DNA of 32,000 nt from Desulfocapsa sulfexigens DSM 10523 (lineage in GTDB: Bacteria; Desulfobacterota; Desulfobulbia; Desulfobulbales; Desulfocapsaceae): positions 3,870,001 to 3,902,000 of the forward strand of contig NC_020304.1 of NCBI RefSeq assembly GCF_000341395.1, written 5' to 3'. Below, piece after piece: positions 27,204-32,000 of the stretch (positions are counted from its first letter, which is position 1; each line of letters opens with the position of its first letter). Below the pieces are notes generated by a model that saw nothing but the letters and a program-made list of their open reading frames with translations, was not told the DNA's origin and did not search any database. Both the position numbers and the translations under genes were made by a program.

Positions 27204-27695
27204 TTACAGGATCTGGTGGTTGGCGTGGCAAATCGCCACAGCCAGGGCATCGGCGGCATCACTACTTGGTTCTGCTGACAAACCGAGCAGAACCTTTATC
27301 ATTCGCTGCATCTGCCCTTTTTCCGCCTGACCATATCCAACCACGGCTCGTTTCACCTTCTTGGCACTGTAGTCATTCACGCCAAGACCATTCTGAGTGG
27401 CCGCAACCACAGCGGCACCCCGTGCCTGACCAAGCTTCAGGGCAGACCCGGCATTAGTGGACATAAAAACTTCCTCAACGGCTGCCACGACCGGATTATG
27501 GAGTTGGATTACCTCGTTAATCCCTTCGAAGATTTCATTCAGGCGGCTGGATAACGGGAATCCCACTGTGGTTTTAATCACTCCGCAGGAGACAAAGACA
27601 AGCTTTCCGTATCCAGCATCGACAATGCCGTAGCCGGTTATCCGGGAACCGGGATCAATCCCGAGAATACGCTGAATACGCGGATCACTTTCTAT
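27204..27695 (-). CDS. ruvC: Crossover junction endodeoxyribonuclease RuvC; the start codon is non-canonical and uncertain
   Basis: The ORF-track entry (27204..27581, GTG) lacks the N-terminal catalytic region. The same frame stays open upstream and encodes ...[34 protein letters not shown]..., the canonical RuvC N-terminus with the catalytic Asp. Later motifs AVEEVF and [14 protein letters not shown] are present. There is no in-frame ATG, GTG or TTG upstream of GIDPG. The candidate starts are ATA 27695 or ATT 27677. Confidence 0.85.
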   Translation of the reverse strand: MESDPRIQRILGIDPGSRITGYGIVDAGYGKLVFVSCGVIKTTVGFPLSSRLNEIFEGINEVIQLHNPVVAAVEEVFMSTNAGSALKLGQARGAAVVAATQNGLGVNDYSAKKVKRAVVGYGQAEKGQMQRMIKVLLGLSAEPSSDAADALAVAICHANHQIL

Positions 27696-28441
27696 GACAA
27701 CTGCTCCATAAGATCATCATCTATATCAAAATTGGCATGAACATTCTGAACATCATCGTGCCCCTCGATGTTATCGAGAAGTTTCAGCAGTGCCCTGGCC
27801 GGCTTTTCTTCGGTCACTTCGATGGTGGTCTGGGGGACCATGGTAAGGGACGCCTCAGCAAAAGAAACCCCTCCTTCCTCAAGCTCATCACGAACCGCAT
27901 CAAAATCTTCAGGAGCAGTAACTATTTGAAAATAATCATCCTCCTCGACAACATCATCGGCGCCAGCCTCAATTGCCAGCTCCATCAGAGCCTCTTCACT
28001 GATGGTTGTTTTATCCACCAGCATCATGCCTTTTTTATCAAACATATACGCAACGCAGCCTGATTCACCCAAGTTGCCGCCGCTCTTGGCAAAATAGTGA
28101 CGAATATCAGCAACCGTTCGATTTCGATTATCGGTCATGCACTCAACAAGGACAGCAACTCCACCGGGACCATATCCTTCGTAGAGGATTTCGTCGTACA
28201 CCTCACCTTCGAGTTCGCCTGTTCCTTTTTTTATGGCACGGGTAATATTATCCTTGGGCATATTCTCAGCGCGAGCTGTAACAATGGCACTGCGAAGACG
28301 TGGATTGCCATCGGGATCACCGCCCCCCATTCTGGCAGCCACTGTTATCTCTTTGATGAGACGGGTGAAAATCTTCCCGCGTTTGGCATCCGCCGCCCCT
28401 TTCTTGTGTTTAATATTTGCCCATTTAGAATGTCCTGACAT
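27692..28441 (-). CDS. yebC: YebC/PmpR family DNA-binding transcriptional regulator
   Basis: The N-terminus [32 protein letters not shown] is diagnostic of the YebC/TACO1 family. The yebC-ruvC-ruvA-ruvB linkage is conserved. Confidence 0.93.
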   Translation of the reverse strand: MSGHSKWANIKHKKGAADAKRGKIFTRLIKEITVAARMGGGDPDGNPRLRSAIVTARAENMPKDNITRAIKKGTGELEGEVYDEILYEGYGPGGVAVLVECMTDNRNRTVADIRHYFAKSGGNLGESGCVAYMFDKKGMMLVDKTTISEEALMELAIEAGADDVVEEDDYFQIVTAPEDFDAVRDELEEGGVSFAEASLTMVPQTTIEVTEEKPARALLKLLDNIEGHDDVQNVHANFDIDDDLMEQLS

Positions 28442-28484
28442 AATTCAATCCCTTCTATTCTGATATTCTGTTATTTAGTTATGA

Positions 28485-29084
28485 TTATTTACCTCGAAAC
28501 CCCATTCCCAGCACAAACACTTCACGGCTTTCTACTCGGGAACTCTTGGGTTTGACTGTCTTTACTTTCTGAAACTGCTCGCCTACTTCTTTGACAAATT
28601 CCGGATAGTCTTCTCCCTGGAATGCCTTACAGTAATAATTTCCGTTGGGGAGAAGAAGCTCCGCTGCAAGGGCCAGAGTTTGCCGAACAAGAACCATGGA
28701 CTGTTGATGGTCCGCCCATCGATTTCCTGTAGTGCGTGGTGCCAGGTCAGCAATAAGCACTCTGAATGCCGGCCTGATCTTCCTTACCGCCTCGACCATT
28801 TCCGGCTTCATAATACTCTCTCGTATCCAGATTATCTCTGAACCACCGGCACGGGGGGAGGCAACCACCTCCTGCAGATCAACGCCGACCACAATCCCTT
28901 TTTCCCCGACTACTTCAGAGGCGTAAAGAGACCAGCTTCCCGGACAACAGCCAAGATCCAGAACAGAATCACCACGTTTTATAAACTTGTATTTGTTCAG
29001 TGCTTCTTCAAGTTTATAAACGGATCTCGCCGGGTATTTTTCTTTTTTGGCCTTCTTATAATAAAAATCTTTTACCGTACGCAC
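28485..29084 (-). CDS. rlmE: 23S rRNA (uridine2552-2'-O)-methyltransferase RlmE (FtsJ)
   Basis: The motifs ARSVYKLEE, the SAM-binding VLDLGCCPGSWS, DLAPRTTG, KAFQGE and KPKSSRVESREVF are present. The start is a GTG. Confidence 0.88.
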   Translation of the reverse strand: MRTVKDFYYKKAKKEKYPARSVYKLEEALNKYKFIKRGDSVLDLGCCPGSWSLYASEVVGEKGIVVGVDLQEVVASPRAGGSEIIWIRESIMKPEMVEAVRKIRPAFRVLIADLAPRTTGNRWADHQQSMVLVRQTLALAAELLLPNGNYYCKAFQGEDYPEFVKEVGEQFQKVKTVKPKSSRVESREVFVLGMGFRGK

Positions 29085-29281
29085 AATAACTCAACTCAGT
29101 ACCTTAGAATTTTTTTTCGAAATCTTCGAGTATCTCGTATTTTTTGAAAAAATTTCAGAAAAGCACTTATACCGGCCACTTAACGGTTACCGGTCTTAGG
29201 TTTCAGGAGAAGCAACACTCTAGTATTCAGTGTAACACTTTTTAGCGTACTATGGCGTCTTTGACAAGAATGAATTACTGC

Positions 29282-29301
29282 CTGCCCTGGTTAGCGGGCA
29301 G
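29282..29301 (-). terminator. Possible weak terminator hairpin after the nucleotidyltransferase gene
   Basis: A 6-bp stem, CTGCCC (29282-29287) with GGGCAG (29296-29301), encloses an 8-nt loop and lies 15 nt past the stop at 29316. The downstream tract on the minus strand is only moderately T-rich. Confidence 0.35.
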
Positions 29302-29315
29302 AACATCTATGAAAA

Positions 29316-30794
29316 TTATTTTGATTTCAGGTACTGTTCGACCCAGAACAGAGCATCTGCACGATCTTTCACCTCACCTTCAACCTGTGCCTCCTGCAAC
29401 GCATCAAGAATCGTGGAGAATTCAGGACCTGGCTTCAGGTTGAAAACTTCAACCAGATCCCTGCCGGTCATAAGCCGTGGCCCCTGCAGGGTAGGAGCAA
29501 TATCGCGAGTATAGGTTTCCAGAACCTCGCAAAGCAATCCTTCCAGCTCTTCTTCCATTGCATCCGGCTTCATATCACCCTTTCCAGCCAGACTGTCAGC
29601 CATGGCAAGAAAGAAGAGACCAATCAGATCATCCCCGGCACGTTTAGCAAGTTTGAGACATGCCTTCTTGCTTATCCCCTGAGTGCGACGTACATTGCAC
29701 AGATGAAAGGGGTGCATATGCATTCCCGTAAGCGACGCTACCCTCTCTCGCCTCTCATTTGCCCAGCGCAGATCACGGCCAAGCTCCTGTACCATCCGCC
29801 GCCCAATCTCATCATGGTTATAAAAGGTTATACGTCCGTCCCTGTCTTCACGAATTTTTCGTGTTGCCGGCTTTCCCAGATCGTGGAGAAAAGCGGCCCA
29901 CTTCAACACCTCTGTAATTCCAGGTCGTGCCAGATATTCACGGAGTTTATCACCGCAGGCAGGGTAAAACATTTCAGGCTTTGCAATGATTTTTTCCATA
30001 TTGTTCAACGCTGCCAGACTGTGACCAAAAACATCAAGATGGTGAGATTCCGGTTGAGTAAGCCCCACCCCTTCTTTTAAGGCAGGAATCACCTGAAACA
30101 ACAGTCCCGATTCCACCATTGCAGAGATAACCTCATGGGCACGACTGGAGGCCATAATCAGGTCCATTTCATAACTAATCCGCTCAACTGAAACTCTGGA
30201 TAAAAGAGATGCATGCTCGGTGATAGCCGCAAGCGTTTTTTCCTCAATCCTAAAACCAAAGCGCGACCAGAGGCGATAGCCACGCAGCATGCGCAGGGGA
30301 TCGCTGACAAAGGCATTGGGACAAGCTCGTAAAATTCCATTATCCAGATCCTCCCTTCCTCCGAGAGGATCAAGGATCGGTAAGATTCCTGATGGAACCA
30401 TAAATTCACTAAAACTGATCCCCAGAGCATTCAGGGTAAAATCCCGCATAGACAAATCCTCATCGATGGTGCTTGCTCCCGAGCGGAAACTTGAAAAATC
30501 GATGATCAGGCCTTTCCAGGCAACCCTGCCGGCATCCTCCTCGGCGGTGCCAAGTGGCACAAAGGTTCCACCATTGAGTTCCCTGATCAGCAGACGACAG
30601 CAGTGAACAGCATCACAATCCACTGTAAAGTCAAGATCGTTGGGTTTTCTTTCTAAAAGCCAGTCTCTAACAGTACCACCGACCAGAAACATATCCCTGC
30701 CACGTTCCTTGGCAACGGCTGTCAAGGCCTTGAAAAGCTGAGGAGGATAATCGGAACTGTGGCTACGCAGCTCGGCAACATTGCTCACGAGCAT
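29316..30794 (-). CDS. cca: CCA-adding enzyme / poly(A) polymerase-family tRNA nucleotidyltransferase with an HD domain
   Basis: The N-terminal nucleotidyltransferase motif is FLVGGTVRDWLLERKPNDLDF and the HD region is AAFLHDLGKP...YNHDEIG. An AGGAG SD lies 5 nt upstream of the ATG at 30794. Confidence 0.8.
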   Translation of the reverse strand: MLVSNVAELRSHSSDYPPQLFKALTAVAKERGRDMFLVGGTVRDWLLERKPNDLDFTVDCDAVHCCRLLIRELNGGTFVPLGTAEEDAGRVAWKGLIIDFSSFRSGASTIDEDLSMRDFTLNALGISFSEFMVPSGILPILDPLGGREDLDNGILRACPNAFVSDPLRMLRGYRLWSRFGFRIEEKTLAAITEHASLLSRVSVERISYEMDLIMASSRAHEVISAMVESGLLFQVIPALKEGVGLTQPESHHLDVFGHSLAALNNMEKIIAKPEMFYPACGDKLREYLARPGITEVLKWAAFLHDLGKPATRKIREDRDGRITFYNHDEIGRRMVQELGRDLRWANERRERVASLTGMHMHPFHLCNVRRTQGISKKACLKLAKRAGDDLIGLFFLAMADSLAGKGDMKPDAMEEELEGLLCEVLETYTRDIAPTLQGPRLMTGRDLVEVFNLKPGPEFSTILDALQEAQVEGEVKDRADALFWVEQYLKSK

Positions 30795-30912
30795 CTTCTC
30801 TCCTCTTTCTTTTTTTTATTTCATGTTTATACTTCACGCGTATGTCTCACATGTATAGTTGTCAGATGAGAAAGTGTACCACTTAACCCAAAAAAATAGA
30901 ACTGAAACGTAT

Positions 30913-31401
30913 ATGGACACCCCCACTCAGCGTATGCTCAAGGTCGGCAAGGCCACCATTGGCCTAATCGGTCTTGATATCGCCCTAAACAACGCCCTGG
31001 TCAACAAAATCCCTGTTGAATCCATTTCCGAGCATCTTTACAGAGAAATTCGGCGGCAGAATTATATCCCACCAGGAATGACAGAGACATACAAAGCTGC
31101 GCTGAAACGAGAATACAGAAAATTACTTGGTGAAGACGTTACTGAAGACGGTGATCTCACAATTCGGATTTTCGGCACCGGCTGTATCAGTTGTAACGGA
31201 CTGCGTGATGCTGTAATCGATGCCATGATGAAGGCAGGCATCGCTGCCGATATTCACATGATTCATGATCCTGACGAAATAGGCAGACATGGCATCCTGG
31301 CCACACCTGCGCTTATGATCAATGGAAAGGTAAAAATGGCCGGGATTCATCCTACTCCGGTGCAGCTTGAAGCCTGGCTGCTCGAGGCAGCAGAACAATA
31401 A
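30913..31401 (+). CDS. Thioredoxin-fold CxxC protein (MTH895 / redox-active-disulfide-protein-2-like C-terminal domain) with an uncharacterised N-terminal extension
   Basis: The C-terminal ~80 aa are IRIFGTGCISCNGL...GILATPALMINGKVKMAG, the pattern typical of small Thioredoxin_3-type proteins. They are preceded by ~85 aa with no motif I recognise. The start is set at ATG 30913 (ORF-track TTG is at 30859). Confidence 0.65.
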   Translation: MDTPTQRMLKVGKATIGLIGLDIALNNALVNKIPVESISEHLYREIRRQNYIPPGMTETYKAALKREYRKLLGEDVTEDGDLTIRIFGTGCISCNGLRDAVIDAMMKAGIAADIHMIHDPDEIGRHGILATPALMINGKVKMAGIHPTPVQLEAWLLEAAEQ

Positions 31402-31402
31402 T

Positions 31403-32000
31403 ATGAAGTCAAAACAGCCTGAACTTGTTCTGGCACCCATCCGAGGAATCACAGACTGCCATTTTCGTTCGCTTTTCCAGCGCCATTTCCCCGGCTTTGA
31501 CTCAGCACTGGCACCCTTTATAAACCCCCAGCGCCACTCCCAATTCAACACAGGACAGTTAAAGGACATTTTACCGGTTGCCAACCTGGAGTTACCGGTC
31601 ACCCCACAGTTCCTCCACACCAACCCGGAAGATTTTCTCTTTCTGGCAGGCCGTTTACAGGAACTCGGGTACAGGGAAGTAAACTGGAATCTGGGCTGCC
31701 CCGCTCCCATGGTTACCAAAAAGCAAAGAGGCTCCGGCCTTCTCCCCTTCCCAGAAAAGATCTTTGATTTTCTTGACCAAGTACTGCCAAAACTGACACA
31801 ACTCGGGATACGGCTCTCCATAAAAACACGTTTGGGCTACGAAAACAGGCAGGAACTCCTTGATCTTCTACCACGTCTTGACCAGTATCCTCTGGCCGAA
31901 ATCATTATTCATGGACGCCTGGGTTCGCAGATGTACAAGGGTGAAGTTGATCGGGACGCTTTTGGTCATTGTTTAGAATGCACTCAACATTTCATCGTCT
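31403..32000 (+). CDS. dus: tRNA-dihydrouridine synthase (Dus family), 3'-truncated by the window edge
   Basis: The ORF starts at ATG 31403, 1 nt after the preceding stop, and stays open to the window end. It reads MKSKQPELVLAPIRGITDCHFRSLF...VNWNLGCPAPMVTKKQRGSGLL...IKTRLG...IIHGR. LAPxxGxTD and NxGCP are Dus/TIM-barrel flavoenzyme motifs. It is absent from the ORF track because no stop falls within the window. Confidence 0.8.
   Translation, partial: MKSKQPELVLAPIRGITDCHFRSLFQRHFPGFDSALAPFINPQRHSQFNTGQLKDILPVANLELPVTPQFLHTNPEDFLFLAGRLQELGYREVNWNLGCPAPMVTKKQRGSGLLPFPEKIFDFLDQVLPKLTQLGIRLSIKTRLGYENRQELLDLLPRLDQYPLAEIIIHGRLGSQMYKGEVDRDAFGHCLECTQHFIV

Noticed and set aside
30831-30859. A possible plus-strand promoter for the thioredoxin-like gene (TTCACG-n16-TATAGT).
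   Set aside because: The -10 box is reasonable but the -35 is poor, and the region is AT-rich, so chance matches are likely. The support is too weak to list it as a feature.
31123-31821. A 232-aa minus-strand ORF spans the thioredoxin-like/dus junction.
   Set aside because: It overlaps two plus-strand genes with clear family motifs (CxxC thioredoxin fold and Dus NxGCP). It has no motifs and odd Trp/Arg/Cys-rich composition, so it is spurious.
1-32000. I searched for mobile elements, CRISPR arrays, toxin-antitoxin pairs, restriction-modification or other defence systems, and tRNA/rRNA genes.
   Set aside because: I found no direct-repeat/spacer arrays, no transposase, integrase or recombinase motifs, no terminal inverted repeats flanking a block, no tRNA-like T-arm sequences in the intergenic regions and no uncharacterised multi-gene cassette. 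The window is conserved core genome.

Overview
This window is almost entirely core housekeeping genes. About 27 genes in a row lie on the minus strand (184..30794), and two plus-strand genes sit at the 3' end. The centre is a complete-looking division/cell-wall (dcw) cluster: mraZ-rsmH-ftsL-ftsI(like)-murE/murF(fused)-mraY-murD-murG-murC-murB-ftsQ-ftsA-ftsZ (6805..23263). Downstream of it (lower coordinates) are a large radical-SAM protein, an orphan sensor histidine kinase, a FetAB-like ABC exporter and a CoA-disulfide/persulfide-reductase-like flavoprotein with a rhodanese domain. Upstream of it (higher coordinates) are lemA, panB, ruvB-ruvA-ruvC-yebC, rlmE and a CCA-adding/HD-domain nucleotidyltransferase. 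The divergent plus-strand pair is a thioredoxin-like gene and a partial dus gene. Gene content and order suggest a Desulfobacterota-type Gram-negative genome, but that is only a guess. I found no rRNA, tRNA, CRISPR array, transposase, integrase, phage gene or recognisable defence gene, and I see no convincing novel multi-gene system. The most unusual features concern the divisome: (1) the FtsI-like PBP appears to have lost its catalytic serine and KTG motif while keeping a PASTA-like tail; (2) ftsW is absent between murD and murG, and ddl is absent between murB and ftsQ; (3) murE and murF form one continuous ORF. Other points worth a look are a textbook sigma70-like promoter followed by phased GTGG boxes (likely MraZ operator), a roughly 690-bp gene-free spacer with strong GGA/purine skew and internal repeats, and a ruvC gene with no canonical start codon. 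All protein-family calls rest on motif recognition by eye, not database searches.
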